Shown here piece after piece: positions 11,832 to 24,323 of a stretch of DNA of 64,000 bases (position 1 is its first letter; each line of letters begins with the position of its first letter). Where the stretch lies: the NCBI RefSeq assembly GCF_009914755.1, contig NC_060941.1; one strand, 5' to 3'. Under the pieces are notes generated by a model, which saw only the letters and a list, made by a program, of their open reading frames with translations, ran no database searches and was not told where the DNA came from. Origin of the DNA: the human T2T-CHM13v2.0 reference genome, Homo sapiens. A program made the translations under genes and the position numbers.

Positions 11832-14800
11832 TAGCTCAAAATAAAAATATTTCTAAGTATATATTTAATACGCCTCCATGAATGTATTTACTGTAGCTTA
11901 AAAATAGGCTGTAGCTACCTAAGAAGATTTATTCTATTTTGTGCTTATTTATATTAGCTTCACTCATTTTACAAATTCTAGCATAAAATTAAAGTCCTAG
12001 TATTTGTTCTAAAACTCCTTTGTATCACCTGGTCTTTTACTTCAGATATTAGGAGCATCTTAATTTGTGGAGTAATTATTTTATCTGTGTGCAAAAATTC
12101 TTCACATAGATTATTTTGTCTAACAACCCTTTGAAATAGACAAGTCTGCTGTTATCCTTAATTGCCAGATTAAGAATTACAACTAAATAAGAATATTGAT
12201 CCAAACAAGTCTCAAACCTAGGTCTTCTGACATGTTTAAGTTCTCCTGTATGTAATAAGAGTTTTCTAATAAGTTTGCCATATTGTATATGAAATAAACT
12301 AAATGCAGAGTAAGGTAACCTACTAGTGCTCCTGCACAGGTGGCAGGAGATTTCAGTTTTTATTAGTCTGTCATTTTTGTAGTATAACTTCTCACAAATT
12401 ACCTAACCCATTTTTCCTTAGCTTTTCAAGAGTTAAAAGCGATTCTGTTGTTTTATTATTTCATGATACTATTATAACTGATTATTTCAGTTTGGGAAAC
12501 CAAAAGTGTTTTTTAAAAATGAGTGACTAAAAAATTGTCAGGCTGGAGCTACATCACTAGTTGTAAAAATACACAAACCTTGATACCTGCCTTCAAGGAA
12601 CTCATGTTCTAGCAGGGAAGATAGACATCTAACTTAAATAACAATAATGTAATCTAATCCTTTTCCCCAGCTACTCAAATTCACTGAATTTTGGCCAATA
12701 ACACCTTCTAGTTAGGATTTTGTCTTTATCTGGAACCACCACAATTTATTGAAACATAGTACTGCTGATATACTGCTGTACAGAATGTCCAGCTGTTTCT
12801 GCTCTGCATGTTTGTAATTGGCTGCATGTTTGACCACAGCATATCTGTGGGGTCATTTAAGCTGGCAAATCAGGACCACAGAAGTTTTAGCTTTATTTCC
12901 TTTGTGTGGTAGCCTCTGGGTTTCTGTCAGTCACTTTGTAGTTTTGTCTGTTTGTTGTCCACCAAAGGCCAGAAAGGAGAGCCAATGCTTTAGGGGCAAA
13001 AGAGATACCAGAATACAAAACTTTAAAGGGGTTTTGATGAAAAGAAGTGCAGCACCAAGGCCTTCTCACTAACTTAAAATATGGCATATAGCAATACAGG
13101 ATGTGTTCTGTCTGCATTGGAGTGGTCTATCAGATAATCTGAGAGTTTTTCCTATGGGATATTGAGGTGAAATCCTTCACCAGTTCCTAGAGAGATTTCT
13201 AGATTTAATTTTAGAGGATAAAAAGAAAGAATGCTGCCAAAATTCTTAGAAGTGAGAATTATGCTGAGAAACTTAAATGCCAGAACTAGATACTATGATC
13301 ATTCTGTTTCATACTACCTTGGCTTTTTCAAGATATATTTTGGTGTAAACGTAATGCATTTTAATTGTTTTTTTTTAATGACTTTCCAAGATTTTTGTTA
13401 GTTTCTCCTTTGATCCTTACAGTAAAACATCTTTGCTGTGAAGTTGAACTTAGGAATCACAGTCACACCACATTTACCTATGTGTGATTTATACAGTTGG
13501 GTCACTAAGTAGGAAGAAAACATACATTCCAAAAACAAGAATTTAGATGAAAAATGAATTTGAGAATAGAAGTAGAATATCAACTTTTGACATAGTGTTG
13601 AAGCTTTTGGTTATGAGGGATGGGGCTGACAAGTCACTCGTACTTTTACATTTTTAATTAATGTGCTCATTAGGAAAAAAATTGGAAAATTCAGAAAAAT
13701 AAAAGGAAAAAGTTACCCACAATCCTATCATTCTAAGATAGATAACCACTGTTTATTAACATTTTGGTGCATTTCCTTCCAGTTTCTTTTTTTTATATAC
13801 TTGAGGTCATAGTATGTGAACAACTTTATAGCTTGTTTTGTACCCTCAACATTTAACAGGAGATAAATAAGGCCTTTAAAATTATTTGAGGTTTGACGGT
13901 TATTTGCTTCACAAAACAGAAAGTGGAATGTTCTTAGCACTTTTTTGAAGATACCTTCACCCTAGTGACTTCATCTACATTACTACAATTTATGTAATTG
14001 TAATTCTCAGGAATAACACTGTGCCCAAACAGAAGCATTGCCACCCATGTCATGACTGTTTTCCCCTCAGAGTAGGCCATGGTCTAGTAGTAGCAAGACA
14101 CACAAGAACGAGCCCCAGGGTAGCAGATTGCTGGCAGAGAGTCACAGGGCCTTCCTAGTGGTCATCCATGCTTCATGCCCCTCCTGCATGCGGGCCAGCT
14201 CCAAGTTGTTTCAAACCTTTGTCTTTTTAAGGTCCTAGTTTTGCCTGAATCTTATTTTCTATTAAAGAAACAACTCAGAATTACTGGACTTGAAACTTGT
14301 AGGCCAAATGCAAATTTGAGGAAATGGAAGGTCAAATACGCTGACAAATTCATAATTTTAAGTGGAGGATGCCAAAGGGAAAAAAAAAAGTTCTATCTTT
14401 TCAACTAAAAATATTATACCACTCTCTGGAGATCAGGGATTGCATGCTTTGGGGCTCTGAATTACAGGTATCTAGCTATCACATTTTAAAATGGAAGTGT
14501 TCAGTTCATTCAGTATTAATTGAAAATAATTTTTCAATGTATTGAAAAAATAACTAGATTTTACAGGAAAACAAAAATGAATAATAATGATCTTTACCCT
14601 TCTCAGTGCCTTTACTCAGTAGAGGAAGATGGATGTACAAGTTGTAGAATCATAGGCAAGTTAATTTAAAAGCAAGGAAGGAGAAAGTAGTTCTGGCAAG
14701 AGACAGAATAATGCATCATGAAGGAAAAGGATATGAGAAAAAAAAATATGGGTTGAATTTTATCTTGTAGAGATACGCAAGACAATTAAAAGAGCCTACA

Positions 14801-16082
14801 CAAACATACATCCCAAAGAAGCTCAAGGCACATTCCAGAGATCATGAGCAGCTTTCTTTCAGTTTTGTTATTTCTTTTGTAAATAGCTCTGGAGAGGATG
14901 CAAATAAATATACAGAAGAGAATTTAAATAGACCAGAATTCTGTTACCCAGAGAAAAGTTCCATGAATGTTTCTAGTCATCTTTCTATGCATATGATTAG
15001 ATTAGATTAGATTAGAACATGACTAGCCTTAAAAAATTTAATAAGGGTTTTAAAAAAGATTTGAATAGAACAGATTTTCAGTGGTGGTTCAGCTATGCTC
15101 ACCTCCTGGAGAAATGTCGCTGATGTTTTTCCTTGCACTCATATGCCTGATGCAGTGCACATGTTCATAAACAGTCACTGACAAATGCCCATGTTCCTTT
15201 GACAGCAGTTCAGATTTTCAAGACAGCAAATCTCTGTTGAGCACGTGTAAACCAGGCCACGTGCTTACAGATGCCTGATACTCTTGAGTCGAATTCAGAG
15301 CTGAATCCAAATGAAAGATGAGTGGCTCCTAGAGGGAGGTCATCCCAAGTTCATTTCCTGTTCATGAGCCAACAAATAACTAACTGGGTAGATCTATGTA
15401 CATTTTCTGTAACATAATGAATACTTCTTGACTTGAAATATTACTTTTTGTCCAAAAATGGAAATTTTTCTATTCTAAGATTTAAAATTTCAATATATAA
15501 AGAAGAATAAAGTACAAATTAGCTGAAATCTTGCCATACAGAGGTAAAATATATTTTTTAGTCCTTTGGCTTCTGACAGAGATAAAATATTTTGGCAGAT
15601 GTTTACCCAGCCCTACGCCCTCTCCCCACAGTGTGTGGGTGTTTTTTTCCTACTCCAAAAATTGTGGTCATCTTTTTGTATCAGTAAATATCAATCAGTA
15701 ATGTACATTTTGATACAAATTACTAAAACGTTCTGCAGCTGTTTGCTTTCCCGCCAAAATTTATGCCAGCAGTAAGTATAATCAGTCTAATTTTGGGGGT
15801 AAATTTTATTGATGTTTAACAGAAAAGTTCACAAATTGCAAGTTTTCAGCTTAGTGAACTTTTAAAATGTAAACACACTTGAAAATCCATCATCTACATC
15901 AAGAAACAGAACATTACCAGCATCCCAAGAAGCCATCCTCATGCCCCCTTAAGTCACTACTTCCGCAAGGGTGACCACAGTCCTGTTACCCAATTTGTAA
16001 TCTTTCCTAATGTGATAGATAAAAATAAAAATCTTATTTTAGTTTCTGGTTACTTTTCTGAAGTTACTGCTTAGATTATTTA

Positions 16083-16389
<307 letters not shown>

Positions 16390-16981
16390 CAATCATTGTT
16401 AGGCCCAGGTTTTGGAGGTTTAATCTCCTCCTCAAGAGAAATAAATGGCATCTGTTTAAGGTTGCAGAATGTGAAATGACTTGGCATAGCTGAAAAGAAG
16501 CAAAGATTCTACAGTATGACCTTTGTGATATATTATTTTCTCAGTAAATAGTTTCTTTGGGATAGGCACTGTGATTAAAAAAATAAAAGCATCTTGAGTT
16601 TTCTTTGAAGTGACAAATTTGCTGGAAAGATCAGTACTTTCTGCTGCTGGAGAGTATATTCTGTTTATAAACATGAATGAGGATGTGAATAAGGCTAGAA
16701 GATGACCTCTGCTGGAAGTTTCTGGTATGATTTGGAGGAAGGAGCACTAGTCTTCCCTGGTGGCTGCTAGCCTTTCATTTAGTTCAAGCCTGCCAGCCTC
16801 TAGCTTTTCCTTGCAACTTGTCTTTTCATTTTTCTTGTGCTATTTTCTGCTATGATAGCAAACTTTGCATAACAAAATGTGAAGTTTTCCATGTGACATT
16901 AACTTAGTAAACATTTTAGCAATTGACTATTAAAATGAAATGTGCATAAACAATTTGCCAGGTTGTATCTTATCACAAATA

Positions 16982-17314
16982 TAGTCATGTGCTGCATAAC
17001 AACATTGCAGTCAACAACAGAACACATATAGACAGTGGTCCCGAAAGATTATAATACTGTATTTTTACTGTACCTTTTCTGTGTTAGATATACAAATAGT
17101 TAGCATTGTGTTACAACTACATAAAGTACACAATATGGTAACCTGCTGTACAGGTTTGTTGCCTGGGAGAAACAGGCTATACCATATAGCCTTGGTGTGT
17201 AGTAGGCTATGCTATCTAAGTTCATGTAAGTACACTCCACAATATTTGCACAGACAAAATCGCCTAATGATTGTTTCCTAGAATGTGTCCCCGTTGTTAA
17301 GCGACACATGACTG
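16982..17314. mobile_element. Tigger3/GOLEM-type non-autonomous DNA transposon
   Basis: Imperfect TIRs tagtcatgtgctgcataacaac / gttgttaagcgacacatgactg and internal sequence typical of Tigger3. Confidence 0.8.
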
Positions 17315-17374
17315 CAATGAAATTCAGTCCTGGAAGGAAAAGAAGAAGTAACTGGCTGTTCTCTTTTTCTCCAG

Positions 17375-17517
17375 GAATCGACAAGGAGAACGTTGAACTC
17401 TCCCCTACCACTGGCCACTGTAACAGTGGACGAACTCGCCACGGATCCGCAAGCCAAGTGCAGAAGCAAAGAAGCGCTGGCAGTTTCAAACGTAATAGCA
17501 TTAAGAAGATCGTGTGA
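17375..17517 (+). CDS. NF1: NF1 terminal coding exon (legacy exon 49), CDS part
   Basis: ctctttttctccag|GAATCGAC...ATCGTGTGA. Encodes GIDKENVELSPTTGHCNSGRTRHGSASQVQKQRSAGSFKRNSIKKIV*, the known neurofibromin C-terminus. Confidence 0.98.
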
Positions 17518-20500
17518 AGCTTGCTTGCTTTCTTTTTTAAAATCAACTTAACATGGGCTCTTCACTAGTGACCCCTTCCCTGTCCTTGCCCTTTCCCCCC
17601 ATGTTGTAATGCTGCACTTCCTGTTTTATAATGAACCCATCCGGTTTGCCATGTTGCCAGATGATCAACTCTTCGAAGCCTTGCCTAAATTTAATGCTGC
17701 CTTTTCTTTAACTTTTTTTCTTCTACTTTTGGCGTGTATCTGGTATATGTAAGTGTTCAGAACAACTGCAAAGAAAGTGGGAGGTCAGGAAACTTTTAAC
17801 TGAGAAATCTCAATTGTAAGAGAGGATGAATTCTTGAATACTGCTACTACTGGCCAGTGATGAAAGCCATTTGCACAGAGCTCTGCCTTCTGTGGTTTTC
17901 CCTTCTTCATCCTACAGAGTAAAGTGTTAGTCCTATTTATACATTTTTCAAGATACAAGTTTATGAGAGAAATAGTATTATAACCCCAGTATGTTTAATC
18001 TTTTAGCTGTGGACTTTTTTTTTAACCGTACAAAACTGAAAGAACCATAGAGGTCAAGCCTCAGTGACTTGACACCATAAAGCCACAGACAAGGTACTTG
18101 GGGGGGAGGGCAGGGAAATTTCATATTTTATAGTGGATTCTTAAGAAATACTAACACTTGAGTATTAGCAATAATTACAGGAAAATAAGTGCGACCACAT
18201 ATATCTTAACATTACTGAATTAAAACTATGGCTTCTAAGTCCTTATCCAAACTCAGTCATCCAAACTAGTTTATTTTTTTCTCCAGTTGATTATCTTTTA
18301 ATTTTTAATTTTGCTAAAGGTGGTTTTTTTGTGTTTTGTTTTTTGTAAACCAAAACTATACTAAGTATAGTAATTATATATATATATATATTTTTTCCCC
18401 TCCCCCTCTTCTTTCCTAACTAATTCTGAGCAGGGTAATCAGTGAACAAAGTGTTGAAAATTGTTCCCAGAAGGTAATTTTCATAGATGTTTGCATTAGC
18501 TCCATAGCAAAATGGAATGGTACGTGACATTTAGGGTAGCTGATATTTTTATTTTGTTAAATAATTTCCAAGAATAGAGTATGGTGTATATTATAAATTT
18601 CTTTGATAAGATGTATTTTGAATGTCTTTTAATCTTCCTCCTCCTCTCCAAAAAAATCAGAAACCTCTTTAAGAAAACATGTAGGTTATATATGCTAGAA
18701 TTGCATTTAATCACTGTGAAAAGACTGGTCAGCCTGCATTAGTATGACAGTAGGGGGGCTGTTAGAATTGCTGCTATACTGGTGGTATGGATTATCATGG
18801 CATTGGAATTTTCATAGTAATGCAGATCCAATTTCTTTGTGGTACCTGCAGTTTACAAAATAATTTGACTTCAGTGAGCATATTGGTATCTGGATGTTCC
18901 AATTTAGAACTAAACCATATTTATTACAAAAAGATATTAATCCCTCTACTCCCAGGTTCCCTTTATATGTTAAGATATAATGGCTTTGAGGGGGGAAAAA
19001 ATAAACCTAGGGGAGAGGGGAGTTTCCTGTAGTGCTGTTTCATTAGAGGATTTCAGTAAATTAAATTCCACAGCTAATTCAATAAATAATGGTACATTTA
19101 AGTGTTCTGATTTTAATAATATATTTCACATTTATCCACACAGTAACAATGTAATATGTTAATGTAAATAAAATTGGTTTTGATACTCAGAAATAACAAG
19201 AATTTAATTTTTTAAATTTGTTTACAGTCCTGGGAAAAGTAAGAATTATTTGCCAAAATAAGAGGAAAGAAAACCTTAGTATTATTAATGAGTTTACCAT
19301 AGAATTGTTGGAAATACTGAAGACAGGTGCAATTTACTAAACTTTTGTTTTTAAACTATTGTAGAGGCTGCATTAGAAGAAAATGTTTATAATGACAGAG
19401 CAACTATGACTATATAAAAAAGCTGAAATTAGAACTGTGTTTAGAAATAGATCAGTAACCCAGTGCCAAGGATGCCAAGCTGCCACCATGGTCTTGGCTC
19501 TCCCACAACCCAGTGTTTCTGGGGTAAGTTTCACAGTTTCTAGGCCCTGGAATAGCAGGCAGTGTAAGCCTTTGATAACTTTAGTTCGATGTTTTTCTTG
19601 TTTTTGTTTGTTGGTTTGGTGCATATGATAGTGGGTGTTATGCTATTTTGCTCTTCCCATCAAAATAAAGAAACTTCCAGAGGTTTACTGTTAAAAATAC
19701 TGATATTTCCATAAACGGGTTTACCAAGGGTGTAGTATTTCATACCGCCTGAAATGATCAGCATTGGCACAAATCAAAATTCAGCCGCCTTTGAAATGCA
19801 AAAATACCTTTGACTAGTAAGTACATCCTAGGAGTTTGAAAACTTAACTAAGGTTTAAAATTTACCTTGTTTAAAGAACTTCTGACTTTTGAGGAAAATC
19901 TAGCTTTCCAAGTAACTAAAATGTACATGAGATAAACCTCTCACCACTATGTGTCCCTTGAGAAATGCAACACTTTTTTAGTCTTCATACTTGTAATCTA
20001 TAAAAGAAATTCTGAAGTTTAGACCAAGTTGCCCATTTCTGCGTAATTGACATAAGTTCTGTTAAAAATATTATAAGTAATTCGTTTCGGTTTGTAGATG
20101 TTTCCCCTGACTTGTTAAAGAGGAAACCAGGAACTCAGTCATGTTTTTGTCCTGGATAATCTACCTGTTATGCCAGTACTCCCATCCGAGGGGCATGCCC
20201 TTAGTTGCCCAGATGGAGATGCAGTTCAGTAGATTTGGGGCAAAGTGGCTACAGCTCTGTCTTCCATTCACTCAACACCTGTTCATGACTGAGCCAGGTG
20301 CCCAGGACACATCCTAAACAGTCAGCTTCTATCCTGTGTCCTAGTCGGGGAGACAGAGTGCCAGCCAGCAACCCTCCCAGGTTTGTAGGTTTTAGGGGTT
20401 TTCAGTTTTGTTTGGGTTTTTTGTTTTTTGTTTTTGTTTCTACATCCTTCCCCGACTCCCAGGCATAATGAGGCATGTCTTACTCAATGTTATGCAATGG

Positions 20501-21040
20501 ATTTAGGCAAAAATTCATTCTTAGTGTCAGCCACACAATTTTTTTTAATGCAGTATATTCACCTGTAAATAGTTTGTGTAAAATTTGACAAAAAAAGTAT
20601 ATTTACTATACTGTAAATATATGTGATGATATATTGTATTATTTTGCTTTTTTGTAAAGCAGTTAGTTGCTGCACATGGATAACAACAAAAATTTGATTA
20701 TTCTCGTGTTAGTATTGTTAACTTCTTTTTGCGACTGCGTTACATCATTTAAAGAAAATGCTGTGTATTGTAAACTTAAATTGTATATGATAACTTACTG
20801 TCCTTTCCATCCGGGCCTAAACTTTGGCAGTTCCTTTGTCTACAACCTTGTTAATACTGTAAACAGTTGTACGCCAGCAGGAAAAATACTGCCCAACAGA
20901 CAAAATCGATCATTGTAGGGGAAAATCATAGAAATCCATTTCAGATCTTTATTGTTCCTCACCCCATTTTCCTCCTTGTGTATGTACTTCCCCCACCCCC
21001 CTTTTTTTAAGTAAAATGTAAATTCAATCTGCTCTAAGAT
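17518..21040 (+). other. NF1: NF1 3'UTR (~3.5 kb, AU-rich, no Alu)
   Basis: Follows the stop codon and lacks recognisable interspersed repeats. Length fits the known ~3.5 kb NF1 UTR. The 3' end is inferred from AGTAAA at 21010-21015. Confidence 0.85.
21010..21040 (+). terminator. Probable distal NF1 polyadenylation signal (variant AGTAAA) and cleavage region
   Basis: AGTAAA at 21010-21015, preceded by TGTA motifs (~20979-20986) and a T-run, followed by T/GT-rich sequence. Position fits the known UTR length. Confidence 0.6.
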
Positions 21041-22471
21041 ATGAGGAGTTATTTAATTTCTTCAGATGTATCGAGCTCTGTTTTCTTCCCCCCGAGTCCT
21101 CCCAATCTTTTGAAACATTAAGGCCATTTTCCTTAAGGATGTTTTTGGCTCTCCTACTCCCCGTGAGAAAGATCTTTCCATTTCCAGAACTTCTCCACAC
21201 TAAAAGTGAAATATTTTTGTGAAATGCTTTTTTAGGGCCTGCCAAACTCAGGTGAGTCTGTTCTCTGGGATAAGCTGGCTTCTCTTAAAATGAAGCCAGT
21301 CAGAAATGTCAGGGCATCCCAAGATTGACCAGTCAGAGGGCAGTTCTCTCCAACTTTTCAGCTTTCCCGCTATAGAATCTTCTGTGACACTACACGTGTA
21401 TACAATGTAAACCACCTCCCCTGGCTCAGCTGCCCCGTGTTACTATTTTACTTACTTGATTATGTGGGTTGCCTCCCCCAATCAGTGGAGAAAGAACACA
21501 GCCCAGACCCAGTGGACAGGACAGAGCTATCCTCAGAAGGGTAACAGTGTCTGATATTGAACAAAGGACTAAAAAAGACCAGGTGATAGATACCTGCAGG
21601 TCTGAGGCAAGTACTTGTCTGTTTATGGGCAGGCCTGGAAAGCAGGGGTACCTCACCTGGAGAGCTTGCTAATACACTGGTCCCCATCCTAATCCCCCAA
21701 GGTAAAGGCAAACTCTCCAAGGATGGGCTGTTGGGAGAAAGAGTGTGTGTTTAAACTTCTTAAGCGATTTTACGGAGCACTCAGTGGTTTAAAGACCATT
21801 GGAGTAGAGAACTGAAAACTCAAATACTGCAAATAGCTGCCTTTTCCCTGTAACCTAAAGCATCTTAGTCCAAACTAGGGGATGTTTTTAGGATAGTGAC
21901 CCTCTAGATCAGAGCTCTCCCTTCCTGGACAACAAGCTCCCTGAGGACGTGGGCGACTTAGTACATCTTGTATGGGCCTCTCTGCCTGTTCTTTGCTTTG
22001 CTTTCTGGGACACCCTTAGGCTAGTCTAGCAATTCTGAACTGCCTGGCTTGAAGAGTTGATTCCCATGGGATGTTGAGGAGGGGCCAGAGGTTCTGGAAG
22101 AATAGTAAAAAACCTACAACCAAGTGGTAGCATCTCAGTATTCCTCTTCCACAAAGTAGCCCATCCCCCCCCATCACCAAGGGAAGCCCCTAGTGGTGGC
22201 AGGCATCTTGGGAATTTACCTTCATTACTAATTCTCCCTTGTCTACCAGTAGCACTTCTTAACCTGCTCACTGCCCATCAGAACAGCCTCCGACAAAGCT
22301 GCATCCAAATTCTTTAAAGGGCAATTCATTGCCCCAAGTAATCTGCCAAACCTGTCTTCATTTGGAAATCAGTCTTCATATTCAGGTGAGTTCCACTTAA
22401 GACCCTTTTAGCTGCCAATTTAAAAGAAGCCCTTTTGCAATGTTGATTATGTTTCTATAAATATTAGAACC

Positions 22472-22763
22472 AGCCGGGCGCGGTGGCTCACGCGTGTAAT
22501 CCCAACACTGGAAGGCCAAGGCAGGCGGATCACTTGAAGTCGGGAGTTTGGGAAACATGGTGAAACCCCATCTCTACTAAAAATACAAAAATTAGCCGGC
22601 CATGGTGGCTTATGCCTATAGTCCCAGCTACCAGGAGGCTGAAGCAAGAGAATCACTTGAACCCGGGAGGTGGAGGTTTCAGTGAGCTGAGATTGCACTT
22701 CTGCACTACAGCCTGGGAGGTAGAGCCAGACATTGTCTTAAAAAAAAAAAAAAAAAAAAAAAA
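22472..22763 (+). mobile_element. Alu (AluS-type)
   Basis: Sense Alu with poly-A, flanked by a tagaacca repeat. Confidence 0.9.
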
Positions 22764-23620
22764 TAGAACCATACTACAGCAGCATAGTCACTGTTGGTTT
22801 GAATCTCTCACATTTTGTTCTTTTAGAAGTGCTGCCTAATCATAAGTTTCATAAAGTAATGTGGAGTTATAATTTTAATCAGTTGGTTTGGCTTTTTTAA
22901 AAAATTGTCTTCTAAAAATCGGTTTATACTGTGTGTGTACATACATACTACATATGCATATGTGGATGCGTATTTCAGGTTTCCAAAACAGCTTGATACA
23001 TTTTACCTACATTGGGCCAAATTATTTTGTCTTTTTAAATTTTCTCAAAAAGGTCATATTGCAAAATTATTCTAGGTCCTTTACTATGTCTTTATGCTGA
23101 CAGTCAAGCTAATAGTGATCAAGAGCATTATGCTTCTGGGGTTACAAGGTTCAGAACTTGCCCCATTGGCCACTTCCTCTATATAAAATAAGACAGTCAC
23201 ATTGGAATCTTAATAGGGCCCTTTCCTGCTCAGAAGTTCAGAAAGCATTGCCTAAATTAATATTTTTAAGGGAAGAAAATGTTGACAGATGCAACCTTAG
23301 CTGATTGTTCAAAAAAAGTTTTTCCTTTGGTTATAATTGTAAATACAAAAGAAGAAAGCTTGGCCTTTGTCCTCTATGACCTCATGACTTAGTGGGGAAA
23401 ACAGCCACACAAACAATGACCACAGTGTCCCAAGGTGTGGGTGGGGTTTTTAGAGGGTCATGGAGTGACTGGCATGGTTGGCAACTGAGGAGGTGGGTCT
23501 TAAAGAATGACCAAGAAGTTTGTCCAGGTTGAAATGTGTCCAGTGAGCAGTTGAAAATAGGGTTTTGGAGTATTTAATGGACAGAAGGTAATCAAGTCCG
23601 TTAACAGACTGGCCCAGAGA

Positions 23621-23845
23621 CGGATCACGAGGTCAGGAGATCGAGACCATCCTGGCTAACACGGTGAAACCCCGTCTCTACTAAAAATACAAAAAATTAG
23701 CCAGGCATTGTGGTGGGCGCCTGTAGTCCCAGCTACACGGGAGGCTGAGGCAGGAGAATGGCATGAACCTGGGAGGCGGAGCTTGCAGTGAGTGAGATCG
23801 TGCCACTGCACTCCAGCCTGGGTGACAGAGCGAGACTCCATCTCA

Positions 23846-23872
<27 letters not shown>
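23621..23872 (+). mobile_element. 5'-truncated AluY with 15-bp TSD
   Basis: AluY diagnostics (gagatcgagaccatcctggctaacacgg; ggagcttgcagtgag). TSD AGACTGGCCCAGAGA at 23606-23620 and 23873-23887. Confidence 0.92.
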
Positions 23873-23877
<5 letters not shown>

Positions 23878-24020
23878 GGCCCAGAGAGGGCAAGTAGCAG
23901 ATAAGTGTTTAGGCAGAAAGCAGCACACCACAGGAGATTGGCTTCTCGTGTTATTTTTCTCCATTCTTTTGTCCCACGTTGGGGAATGCAGCTTAATTTT
24001 CTACATTTACAAAGTATATG

Positions 24021-24323
<303 letters not shown>

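Noticed and set aside
12818-13072. 84-aa ORF with a basic C-terminus, considered as an alternative NF1 last exon
   Set aside because: The nearby acceptors (ending at 12967 and 12972) do not place this frame in phase with exon 48 or 48a; the phase-1 readings stop after 8 or 21 codons, and I saw no convincing poly(A) signal or donor.
17100-17546. 148-aa ORF antisense to the NF1 last exon
   Set aside because: Half of it lies in the Tigger3 element and the rest is the antisense shadow of the CDS; it starts at a non-ATG codon.
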